Source: Candidatus Heimdallarchaeota archaeon
Lineage (GTDB): Archaea; Asgardarchaeota; Heimdallarchaeia; Hodarchaeales; Hodarchaeaceae
NCBI GenBank assembly: GCA_048881705.1
Contig: JBHLSH010000033.1
Location: 1-37,805, forward strand
Direction of reading: 5' to 3'
Length of the DNA: 37,805 nucleotides
Shown here: positions 10,156 through 18,361 of the stretch, piece after piece
Position numbering within the stretch: the stretch's first letter is position 1
Layout of the letters: each line of letters starts with the position of its first letter
Position numbers and translations under genes: made by a program
Notes under the pieces: generated by a model
Database searches by the model: none
Told to the model about the DNA's origin: nothing
The model's input: only the letters and a program-made list of their open reading frames with translations

Positions 10156-10496
10156 TATTCATCACATTGAGGTTTAAAGGGATCTATCCCCTCGTTTCAT
10201 GAGACACTTAAAAAGTTGGAAATTCTGAAAGAGGTGGAAATCAAGCATTTCTGATTTAAGCATAAACAGGATAGGTTAACAAAACCGCGGCTTATCTGAA
10301 GGAATTGAACATGATAAGGAAACCTAGATCTACCAAATCCAAAATTTTAAAGAACTAGGCCCCATTCCCTTAAATCACTTTGCGAAATGGAGGCTTTTCA
10401 AAATCTAAGCGAGATCCACGCGGAAGGACGGGTTCATAAAATATTGTCGGTAGTAGTGTTTTTTAAGTTTCAAATTTCTTCAACGAAAACGGTATC

Positions 10497-10709
10497 ATGG
10501 AAACAGTTACGCTATATGTGGATGATGAAACGCTTCAAGTTATGGCTGAACTCGTCCGAATTCGCAAATTCCCTAATAGGTCAGAATTAATTCGGTCAGC
10601 GATCCGAGAACTGTTGTTTGAGCATATGGGTAGGGGAATGGATCCTTCTGAGGTTGAACGTCTCCCTGTTCTTGCAAAAACATTAGATCAGTACTTTTCA
10701 CATAAATGA
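10497..10709 (+). CDS. Ribbon-helix-helix (CopG family) regulator
   Basis: METVTLYVDDETLQVMAELV...FPNRSELIRSAIRELL is a canonical RHH signature. Confidence 0.9.
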   Translation: METVTLYVDDETLQVMAELVRIRKFPNRSELIRSAIRELLFEHMGRGMDPSEVERLPVLAKTLDQYFSHK

Positions 10710-10896
10710 GGATCCGCTATACTGGCACTTGGATGATTATTCGGCACCAGAGAGGGTGTGCAATGGTAGAATGCCAAAGGGGTGTCTAGAGACAGTAAGA
10801 TTAAAGCGGTATGACCCCCGTATTTCTCTGATTAATAAGCAGGTAATACTATCTTCCGACTAATTTCAAAATTTAGCAACAGAATGTGGTTGTTGG

Positions 10897-11097
10897 ATGA
10901 GCAGCAAAGGACTTCGAAAATTCAAGCAAAAAACTGCTAAAATTTCGGAGGAACGGGCAAAAATCATCATGTTTAAGGCAATGGACTTAACTTTTGAAGA
11001 ACTGGAAGAAAGAGATGATCTTTTAACATATTCAAGACTGCAGAAAGATTTTCTGAACGATTTAAGGAAAACGGAGGAGGATACTCGCGCAGCCTAG
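10897..11097 (+). CDS. Small charged helical hypothetical protein (66 aa)
   Basis: ATG start and protein-like composition (basic N-terminus, acidic C-terminus); no family recognised. Confidence 0.55.
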   Translation: MSSKGLRKFKQKTAKISEERAKIIMFKAMDLTFEELEERDDLLTYSRLQKDFLNDLRKTEEDTRAA

Positions 11098-11796
11098 TTT
11101 TTGGCCTTCTTGCAATTGACAGGATGGAATCTGGTTAAATCCTGATATTAACCAATGAAAAAATATTACCGTTGCCTTTTATCGATAATAAGATGTCAAT
11201 ATGGGGATTTACAAAGGAGGAATAGATCTACTAAGACACCTTTGTTCATGACCGATCTGAATGAAGATAATTAATCCGGCGAACTTTTCAGCACATTATG
11301 CTCGAGTTGATTACGTCTAATCTTTTCCCAAGGCCCCTTGGGCCCAAAAAAAGGCGAAAATGATATCCCCAATTCCAATAAGGGTAGAATGGGAGAAAAT
11401 TTCTGCAAAATGCGTTTAGTATTAATTCTTTTTACTCTATGACTATCTAGATGAATTTAATCAAGAAAAGTCATTTGAAATCCCTATTTGAATTTTTCCC
11501 TGTTTCACTTTGATCATAAGAGACATTTGGTGATGACAGAGATGCTTTTATCCTAGATTTGTTGAACTGAGCCGCTATAGGATGGCAGCTTGGTGCCTTC
11601 CTTGTCCAAATTGACAAACTAGGTTTGCAGGACGATAACCAACAACAAGATATCGGAGTCGAACTTGAGAAATAATTTAAGAACTGCTTCCCCGTAAAGA
11701 CCAGAAATCCCCACTCGTCAAGTAATACCGAATATTGTGATCGAAACTGTTTAGTATAAGTTAAAATCGTATTTGGGAACATGAACTTCCTTTTCA

Positions 11797-12336
11797 ATGA
11801 ACAGTGAGAACGAAATGAAGAAGGAAATAATCATAAAAATTTGTACAACTGGTTCTTTCAGCGTGGGAAAAACTTCTCTTATCCGACGATACGCACAGAA
11901 TACATTTTCTTCGAACTATCTTCCAACGTTAGGAATGGACGTTACTGTCAAACGGCTGACCGTAGATGACCAACAGGTTCGATTACTATTGGTCGATACC
12001 GCAGGACAGGAACAATTCGGAAAAATGAGGAAAATATACTACGAAGGATCGTCGTGTTGCATTGCGGTATACGACATAACACGACCAGACACATTGGAAA
12101 CGCTGCCGGATTTTATTAAAGATTACAAAGAAGTGGCAGGAGATCAAGCCCGCATTGTAATCTTAGGGAATAAGATCGATTTGGAGGAACTACGTAAAAT
12201 TCCCACCAAAGAAGGAAAAAAAATTGCGAACCAACTAAACTATCCATTCTACGAATGCTCTGCGAAAGATGGCGGAGATGTAATTCCAGCAATTTATGAA
12301 AACCTCGCTCATCAGTTTCTCAAATCGCTTGTATGA
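11797..12336 (+). CDS. Rab-like Ras-superfamily small GTPase
   Basis: G1 GSFSVGKT, G2 PT, G3 DTAGQE, G4 NKID, G5 CSAK; RabF-like LGMDV, YYEGS, AVYDIT; no C-terminal Cys. Confidence 0.93.
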   Translation: MNSENEMKKEIIIKICTTGSFSVGKTSLIRRYAQNTFSSNYLPTLGMDVTVKRLTVDDQQVRLLLVDTAGQEQFGKMRKIYYEGSSCCIAVYDITRPDTLETLPDFIKDYKEVAGDQARIVILGNKIDLEELRKIPTKEGKKIANQLNYPFYECSAKDGGDVIPAIYENLAHQFLKSLV

Positions 12337-12410
12337 CTTTTCTAGCCAAGAAATGGCTAAACAATCATTCTGATCCGTATTCCTTGGAAACCATTCTTTT
12401 CGTTATGCAG

Positions 12411-13166
12411 CTAGTTCCATACCTGCCTAGCTTTCCATAAATCGCCATAAAAGAAGAAACTGGCAATAAGAGACATTCCGATCCCAAACAAAATCAGTCC
12501 ACCAATGAGGGGAGTAAGCGGATTCGCTCCATACAGGTGAGCGAAGGGAAAATAGTGTAATATAAACCATCCACCTGTTAAAAAAGGTGGGGAGATCAGC
12601 ATTAATGTACGACGCCAGAGAGAAACCTTAAGGAACGATCCTAGCTCGTACTTGATCCCTAAGACTGGAAATCGAGTTAGAAGGGTAATTGGGAAGATAT
12701 TTACTTTACGAAAGGAAGAACGAAATAGGAAATATTGCCGGAACCGAATTCCCACCAAGAATCCAGTAAGCCAATGGAAGAAACAATGGGAAAAAAAGAA
12801 GAGAAAGAGACTTACGACCATATAGATTATGAGAGACAGGATGATGTCTCCAATTAAGGGCAAGAGTCCCCAATAGAGAGTTTCAGTGAGTGGAATAATT
12901 AGTAAAACAAGAAGATTCATCCTAAAAACCGAAAACTTGGGAACATCCCATTTTTGGAAAAAAAAAAGGTCGATTTGATCTAGGAGCGCAATTGAATCAT
13001 GATTCAGATGAATCGGCGCGAGTTTGCGTGCTCTTCGTAATACATGGAAGTACTTCTTTTTATGACTCTTTTTATCTAAAATTCCCGCGTCCATTAGATT
13101 TTGCAGTTCATTAATCTGAGAAGAAATATCTGCGAAATCTCCCAATTTTGGACTAGGCGTTACCAT
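12411..13166 (-). CDS. Membrane protein with degenerate site-2-protease (M50)-like motifs
   Basis: Several TM helices; SHCFFHWLTGFLVGIRF (HxxxH), LMLISPP, terminal GDLWKA. Start overlaps the methyltransferase stop. Confidence 0.6.
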   Translation of the reverse strand: MVTPSPKLGDFADISSQINELQNLMDAGILDKKSHKKKYFHVLRRARKLAPIHLNHDSIALLDQIDLFFFQKWDVPKFSVFRMNLLVLLIIPLTETLYWGLLPLIGDIILSLIIYMVVSLFLFFFSHCFFHWLTGFLVGIRFRQYFLFRSSFRKVNIFPITLLTRFPVLGIKYELGSFLKVSLWRRTLMLISPPFLTGGWFILHYFPFAHLYGANPLTPLIGGLILFGIGMSLIASFFFYGDLWKARQVWN

Positions 13167-13827
13167 GATCCCCGACTCGCGATGACTCTTTCTTATAGAT
13201 TTCTACCCACCAAATACCTGCTCGTTTTTTAAATGCTTCATGGAAATCATATGCGCGAATAAGAGCGTGCAGGTCACGTGGCTTATGAAGGAACACCCTG
13301 AAACTATTACGGGTGATTCGCATGAAGAAATTGAGTACCCTAAATCCGATTTCCATCCACCATGTTTTAAGCGGATATACAACGGCGTAATAAGAGGTTG
13401 CTCGGGCCAAACTGTCTTCAATAAGCTGAACCATATTTGGATAGCAACAAACCACCCGTTCTAAAGCAACAATATCCGCATCGGGAACTTGATCACTTAA
13501 GGATACAAAATCTCCTGCAAAGAATTTAATTTTTTCTTGGTAACCTAACCGAGCGGCTATATCTTTTACTACATGTTGATATGACAAAGAAGCATCTACG
13601 TTTAGTACGTCCGATACAATACCTTTTTTAATCAGTTCGTGCTGGATTACACCCACTCCCCCACCTATCTCAAGTAAAGATAGTTCGCTAACTTCAAGTG
13701 ACCCAAAAAAATCTAAAATATATTGAGTTGTCTTATTTGGGCCCTTCTTCTGGTACCTCTGCAGATCTTTTCTAGCGGTTTTTTTCCCAAACTGCCTTTG
13801 CAACGCAGCACATTGGGGACAATCCAT
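13153..13827 (-). CDS. Class I SAM-dependent methyltransferase, Cys-rich
   Basis: LLEIGGGVG motif I, VDAS, GDF, DIVALERVVCCYP; N-terminal CPQC. Confidence 0.88.
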   Translation of the reverse strand: MDCPQCAALQRQFGKKTARKDLQRYQKKGPNKTTQYILDFFGSLEVSELSLLEIGGGVGVIQHELIKKGIVSDVLNVDASLSYQHVVKDIAARLGYQEKIKFFAGDFVSLSDQVPDADIVALERVVCCYPNMVQLIEDSLARATSYYAVVYPLKTWWMEIGFRVLNFFMRITRNSFRVFLHKPRDLHALIRAYDFHEAFKKRAGIWWVEIYKKESSRVGDHGNA

Positions 13828-13945
13828 AGTTAAGGCATTAAATCCATTCCATATAAATATTCAATTGCGAAAAACGATTAAGTTGATTCTCCAAGCAGAT
13901 ACTGAACCCTGGTGGGCTAGGTTTAGTTCGTAAATGGAAAGTTAT

Positions 13946-13961
13946 TTGAACAATTGCTCAA
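13946..13961. promoter_or_regulatory. ArsR/SmtB-type operator TTGAACAATTGCTCAA
   Basis: 16-bp palindrome with one mismatch, resembling the TGAA...TTCA cores of SmtB/CzrA/CadC operators. Followed by a TCAAGTG direct repeat; lies just upstream of the ArsR-cadA pair. Confidence 0.65.
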
Positions 13962-14020
13962 GTGTTCAAGTGAATATTAGATTAGACAATCATCATCGAA
14001 ACATACCGGATTTTTCGAAA

Positions 14021-14383
14021 ATGTCAGGATCCTCTAGCGAAACCGTCGAAGGTCCAGAAAAAATAAAGAACGCCCAAGTTGAAGTTCAAAACACTAATAT
14101 TGGAGAACTGAGCGGTTTTTTCCGACTTCTTGCAGGTGATACAAGAATAAAAATCCTTGTTGCCTTATCTAAAGGTGAATTATGCGTCTGTGATCTAAGT
14201 GATGTTCTGGAAATGTCTGTCTCCGCGATTTCACACCAGTTGAAGGAATTGAGAGAAGGCGGTTTAGTGAAATATCGCCGTGAGGCGAATAATAAACATC
14301 GTTACTATTCTTTGGAAATTGAGCATTTGGAACCAATTTTGACCTATGCCTTAGAACATATCCACGAGATTCATCACAGCTAG
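14021..14383 (+). CDS. ArsR/SmtB family metal-sensing repressor
   Basis: ELCVCDL alpha3 motif, SAISHQLKELRE recognition helix, H-x10-H-x2-E alpha5-like end. Start at 14021 preferred because the track's longer start (13934) spans the operator. Confidence 0.9.
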   Translation: MSGSSSETVEGPEKIKNAQVEVQNTNIGELSGFFRLLAGDTRIKILVALSKGELCVCDLSDVLEMSVSAISHQLKELREGGLVKYRREANNKHRYYSLEIEHLEPILTYALEHIHEIHHS

Positions 14384-14396
14384 GAGAATATCGCAC

Positions 14397-16508
14397 ATGG
14401 GAGAGGTTATCTTCAAATATGAATTAAAGGGACTCACATGCACGGATTGTGCATTAAAGATAGAAAAGTCTCTTAAGAATCACAAATATTCACAAGTTAG
14501 TGTTAATTTTGCAACAAATACTCTATATCTGTCTTCAGATGATTTAGAAACAATAAATAAGATTATTTCAAAAGTAGATCCAGGAACTAAAGCAATATCA
14601 GTTTCAACTATGGGGAGCGTAACCAAGAATTGGTTTGGGAAGAATTTGCCTTTAGTACAAGCGCTACTTGCTTCTATTCTGCTTTTGATAGGGATGATCC
14701 TAATTACTCCTAGTTTACCAAGCGATATCATCCTTTTGGGATATATATCGCTGTTTACTGCATATTTTGTTGCGGGATGGAAGGTCTTATGGAATGCAGT
14801 GAAACAACTTCGGAATCTAGACCTTACGAATGAATATTTCTTGATGTCGATAGCAACCCTTGGAGCGATTTTAATCCAAGAGGTTCCAGAAGCCGTAGCG
14901 GTAATGGTATTTTACACCATAGGCGAATCTCTACAGATGAGAGCAGTTGACCGTTCTCGAAGATCTATTTCTGCATTGATAGATATTAGGCCCGACCAGG
15001 CTCACCTACTACTAGATGATTCAGTAAAAACTGTACCCGCGGAGGAAATTAACCCTGGGGATATTATTCTGGTAAAACCAGGAGAACGAGTTCCTTTAGA
15101 CGGTGTAGTTATAAAGGGAGAAGCGAATTTAGATTTATCAGCTTTAACAGGGGAATCACGTCCAGTTAGAGTCAGCCCTGGGATGGAAGTACTTTCGGGG
15201 GCAATTCCGAATAATAGTATTTGTATTCAGGTAACTTCCGTTTTCAATAAGTCTACGGTCTCCAGGATCTTGAATGCCATCGAGAATGCTACCAATAAGA
15301 AATCTCACACTGAACGATTCATAACTCGTTTTTCAAGAATTTACACTCCAATAATTTTCGGTTTTGCAATTTTAGTGGGCCTTATTCCTCCGCTCCTTTT
15401 GCAAGAACCGTTGAACGAGTGGATATATCGAGCTCTGGTGATTCTTGTAATTTCTTGTCCGTGTGCGCTTGTTGTTTCTGTCCCACTTGCGTACTTTTCT
15501 GGAATTGGTAAGAGTTCCCATGAAGGAATTCTCTTCAAGGGTGCTAATGTTCTTGATGAACTTGGTAAGATTGATACCGTCTTGTGGGATAAGACAGGAA
15601 CCTTGACTGTCGGAAAATTCTCAGTAGTTACGGTTGTTCCGCGAAAAGGTGTGTCTCCCGATGAGGTACTGAAAATCGCTGCCATAGCTGAAGCTCACTC
15701 GACCCACCCGATCGCGGTCTCAATTCGAGAAGCATATGGTCAACCGACAGATCTCTCTAGAATTGAAGAATATGAGGAGCTCCCCGCATTAGGGATTCGG
15801 TGCCGTGTATATGATGACGGGTCGAATGATGAAATAATGATAGGAAACGACAGGTTAGTTCATTCAGTCGAATGCCCCCATCCGAACTGCGTTAAGGATC
15901 AAACAGCGGTCTATGTCATCAAAAATAACGAGTACATGGGTCATATTATTGTCGATGACCGCCTCAGGGAGTCCTCGAAGAAAGCAATAGCTAGATTGAA
16001 TGGTTTCTCCATCCAGACAATTGGCCTCTTAACTGGCGACACTAAAGATGTAGGAGAACGGGTGGGCCATGAAGTAGGGATTCAGCCCGATAGTATATAT
16101 ACAAACTTGATGCCCCTGAATAAATTGGAGATTTTGGAGCAGCATATGAACGATGGGGCCGAAAACAAGCGACAACACGTAATTTTTGTGGGAGACGGAA
16201 TTAATGACGCGCCTGTGATTGCCAGAGCCGATGTAGGAGTTGCAATGGGAGGAATAGGATCTGATGCTACCATTGAAGCAGCAGATCTGGTTATCATGGA
16301 CGATAATCCCGAAAAATTGGGGATTGCAATGGAAATTGCGAGGAAAACACGAAAAATCGCAAAGCAGAATATTGGACTTGCTATTGGCTTGAAGGTTGTT
16401 TTCATCCTCCTTGGGGCAATGGGTATTGCGACTATGTGGGCGGCAGTTTTTGGCGATGTAGGTGTGACAATTCTGACTATTCTCAATTCTTTGAGAATCC
16501 TAAATTAA
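14397..16508 (+). CDS. cadA: Zn/Cd/Pb-transporting P1B-2 ATPase
   Basis: HMA GLTCTDC, TGES, SCPC, DKTGT, HP, GDGINDAP; Lys in TM7 (LKVV) and Asp in TM8 (GDVG). Confidence 0.95.
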   Translation: MGEVIFKYELKGLTCTDCALKIEKSLKNHKYSQVSVNFATNTLYLSSDDLETINKIISKVDPGTKAISVSTMGSVTKNWFGKNLPLVQALLASILLLIGMILITPSLPSDIILLGYISLFTAYFVAGWKVLWNAVKQLRNLDLTNEYFLMSIATLGAILIQEVPEAVAVMVFYTIGESLQMRAVDRSRRSISALIDIRPDQAHLLLDDSVKTVPAEEINPGDIILVKPGERVPLDGVVIKGEANLDLSALTGESRPVRVSPGMEVLSGAIPNNSICIQVTSVFNKSTVSRILNAIENATNKKSHTERFITRFSRIYTPIIFGFAILVGLIPPLLLQEPLNEWIYRALVILVISCPCALVVSVPLAYFSGIGKSSHEGILFKGANVLDELGKIDTVLWDKTGTLTVGKFSVVTVVPRKGVSPDEVLKIAAIAEAHSTHPIAVSIREAYGQPTDLSRIEEYEELPALGIRCRVYDDGSNDEIMIGNDRLVHSVECPHPNCVKDQTAVYVIKNNEYMGHIIVDDRLRESSKKAIARLNGFSIQTIGLLTGDTKDVGERVGHEVGIQPDSIYTNLMPLNKLEILEQHMNDGAENKRQHVIFVGDGINDAPVIARADVGVAMGGIGSDATIEAADLVIMDDNPEKLGIAMEIARKTRKIAKQNIGLAIGLKVVFILLGAMGIATMWAAVFGDVGVTILTILNSLRILN

Positions 16509-16550
16509 CCTAGCAAAAGCGGGGAAAAAAAGCATGAAATGCAGTTATAC

Positions 16551-17552
16551 TCATGGATTAATGGGTGCCCCTGGAGTAGCAACTTCAGTATGCTTCGATA
16601 CCATTTTTGGCTTGATTCGACTTAGTATCCACGCTAGCAAGACATAATAGCCAAGGTAACCAATTACCTCTATCAATGCGGGATTGTCATTCCAACCGAA
16701 CAAACCTACTAAAATTCCACCAATGAAGCTCTTTTCAAATCGGCCAGGATAGCTGGGATCATATCCCCATCCAAAAAGTAACTGAAATATGTCTCCTAAG
16801 GGAGTATAGTTAATGTTCCAGACTTCTGTCCACATAAAGAGTTCTGTCAATGAAGAACCGCTAATTTCCAAATATTCAAACACTTCGTGAATTCCATGTG
16901 CCACGAGTCCTGCAGCAAACACAATAAGTAAAAAACTGGTTACTTGAAAAAATTTTTGGAGACTAAGCTTTTTGGTACTAGTAAACAGGATGAAAGCAAG
17001 CAGTATGGCGCCGAAAACGCCAATAACAAATCCTCCTAGATTTACGGAAAGGCTAAGGATCGGATCCAACTCTTGGATACCACTGAGGTAATTTGCATAC
17101 AGGAAGAGAACCAATTCGGCCCCTTCGCGGCCTACTGAAAAGAAGACCAATAAAATGATACCTGCTTTCTCCTGACGGGTAATAGCTTTATCGATTTTCT
17201 CTTGGAACTCCGATTTGAGGTTTTTGGCCTGCTGAGACATCCATGCTACCATCCATGTAAGAACGGCGGCTGCGAGAAACATGACCCCTGCTTCAAATAA
17301 TTTTTGATATTCTTCCAGTCCTGCAAATAAAGTCAAAAAAATCCATGCCATACCAATACTGAGAACAATAGCGGCGGTAATCCCAAATAAAACATCTTTA
17401 AAGAGATCCCTGCGATTAATCACAGCCAAATAGCTCCCAATCATGCCTATTATCAGGGCTGCTTCCAAAACCTCTCGTAACGACGTAATAAAGCTAAATA
17501 TTAAGAGACTCACAATTACGGACAACGCCAATCTGGTTTCACCAAGAATCAT
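16551..17552 (-). CDS. ftr1: FTR1/EfeU family high-affinity iron permease
   Basis: Two RExxE motifs (LREVLE, GREGAE), multiple TM helices, GLVAHGIHE. Confidence 0.92.
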   Translation of the reverse strand: MILGETRLALSVIVSLLIFSFITSLREVLEAALIIGMIGSYLAVINRRDLFKDVLFGITAAIVLSIGMAWIFLTLFAGLEEYQKLFEAGVMFLAAAVLTWMVAWMSQQAKNLKSEFQEKIDKAITRQEKAGIILLVFFSVGREGAELVLFLYANYLSGIQELDPILSLSVNLGGFVIGVFGAILLAFILFTSTKKLSLQKFFQVTSFLLIVFAAGLVAHGIHEVFEYLEISGSSLTELFMWTEVWNINYTPLGDIFQLLFGWGYDPSYPGRFEKSFIGGILVGLFGWNDNPALIEVIGYLGYYVLLAWILSRIKPKMVSKHTEVATPGAPINP

Positions 17553-17618
17553 GCTGAAATATTTTATTAATACAATTTTAATCTTGATTTAGGCAGTGAT
17601 TTCGTGGTCATATAATTG

Positions 17619-17632
17619 TTCACACTTGTGAA
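17619..17632. promoter_or_regulatory. Palindrome TTCACA-CT-TGTGAA upstream of ftr1; candidate regulator site
   Basis: Perfect 6-2-6 inverted repeat adjacent to a TATA-like AATTATA on the minus strand. Confidence 0.35.
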
Positions 17633-17722
17633 TTTTTATCTTAAAAGAGTTACAGTCTATTCTCTGAAAACGATATTTAAACAAAAGCTGGTATAAAACC
17701 CCGCTGAAACAGGTAGATACCA

Positions 17723-17902
17723 TCATGGAATATACATTGGTTTACCATGATGAACGGGTATTTCCCGTTTTCCACACCCAGGACCCATCCAACAAACAAG
17801 CATCGCTTTGCCCTCAACCTCTTCAATGTGCATGGGTTGCCCACAATGACTTGGAATTGCTTCAGTGGCACCACATTCGTGACAGGTTAATTGAGTTGCC
17901 AT
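17723..17902 (-). CDS. 59-aa Cys/His-rich metal-binding protein with two desulforedoxin-like half repeats (absent from ORF track)
   Basis: Hand translation: MATQLTCHECGATEAIPSHCGQPMHIEEVEGKAMLVCWMGPGCGKREIPVHHGKPMYIP. ATG 17902, TGA 17723-17725. Confidence 0.85.
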   Translation of the reverse strand: MATQLTCHECGATEAIPSHCGQPMHIEEVEGKAMLVCWMGPGCGKREIPVHHGKPMYIP

Positions 17903-17931
17903 AATTGCTTTTTCCTTTTCTTTATCTATAC

Positions 17932-17950
17932 GATTAACCGTAAATTAATC
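17932..17950. promoter_or_regulatory. Palindrome GATTAA-N7-TTAATC upstream of the 59-aa gene
   Basis: Perfect 6-bp arms between a minus-strand TATAAG (about 17959-17964) and the ATG. AT-rich, so chance is possible. Confidence 0.3.
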
Positions 17951-18023
17951 AATGATGGCTTATATGATGTTATTATAAAGGTGAAGACATACCCTATTCG
18001 GAGTCATTGCCAGGTTTCCCGTT

Positions 18024-18251
18024 TTACTCATTACCAGTTTGCGTATCATTTGATTTCTGTTGTCGTTCCTCAAGACGAACTATTAAGATTATTCCCAGCA
18101 AATGTAATAAAACCATACCTCCCCAAACGATGAAGATGAACACATCTGGAGCTGGGTTGTATAAAATGCCAATTAGGAGGCCATAAGCGCTAGCGACTAC
18201 TATTGCATAAGCTAATTCTTGGAACGCAAACAAGCGCAATTTTGATTTCAT
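18024..18251 (-). CDS. Small two-TM membrane protein (75 aa)
   Basis: Two clear hydrophobic helices and a polar tail; ATG start. Confidence 0.65.
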   Translation of the reverse strand: MKSKLRLFAFQELAYAIVVASAYGLLIGILYNPAPDVFIFIVWGGMVLLHLLGIILIVRLEERQQKSNDTQTGNE

Positions 18252-18361
18252 CTCCGATGTATTTATTGGCTAATAATATGAAAGAATAATTTACGGGGCC
18301 AACTAAATTCACGAGCGGGGGGAATAATTCGCTTATTATAAGGTACCCTTTTTTTTTCCAG

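Noticed and set aside
10730-10832. Possible C/D-box sRNA (ATGATT ... CTGA)
   Set aside because: Imperfect C box, too long a span, no terminal stem or internal C'/D' boxes seen.
7236-11342. Integrated plasmid or provirus around the two RHH genes
   Set aside because: No integrase, replication or structural genes, no tRNA and no direct-repeat att sites seen.
17677-17874. Track ORF of 65 aa on the minus strand
   Set aside because: Overlaps the 59-aa Cys/His gene in another frame and has no pattern; the shorter ORF has an ATG and a clear duplicated motif.
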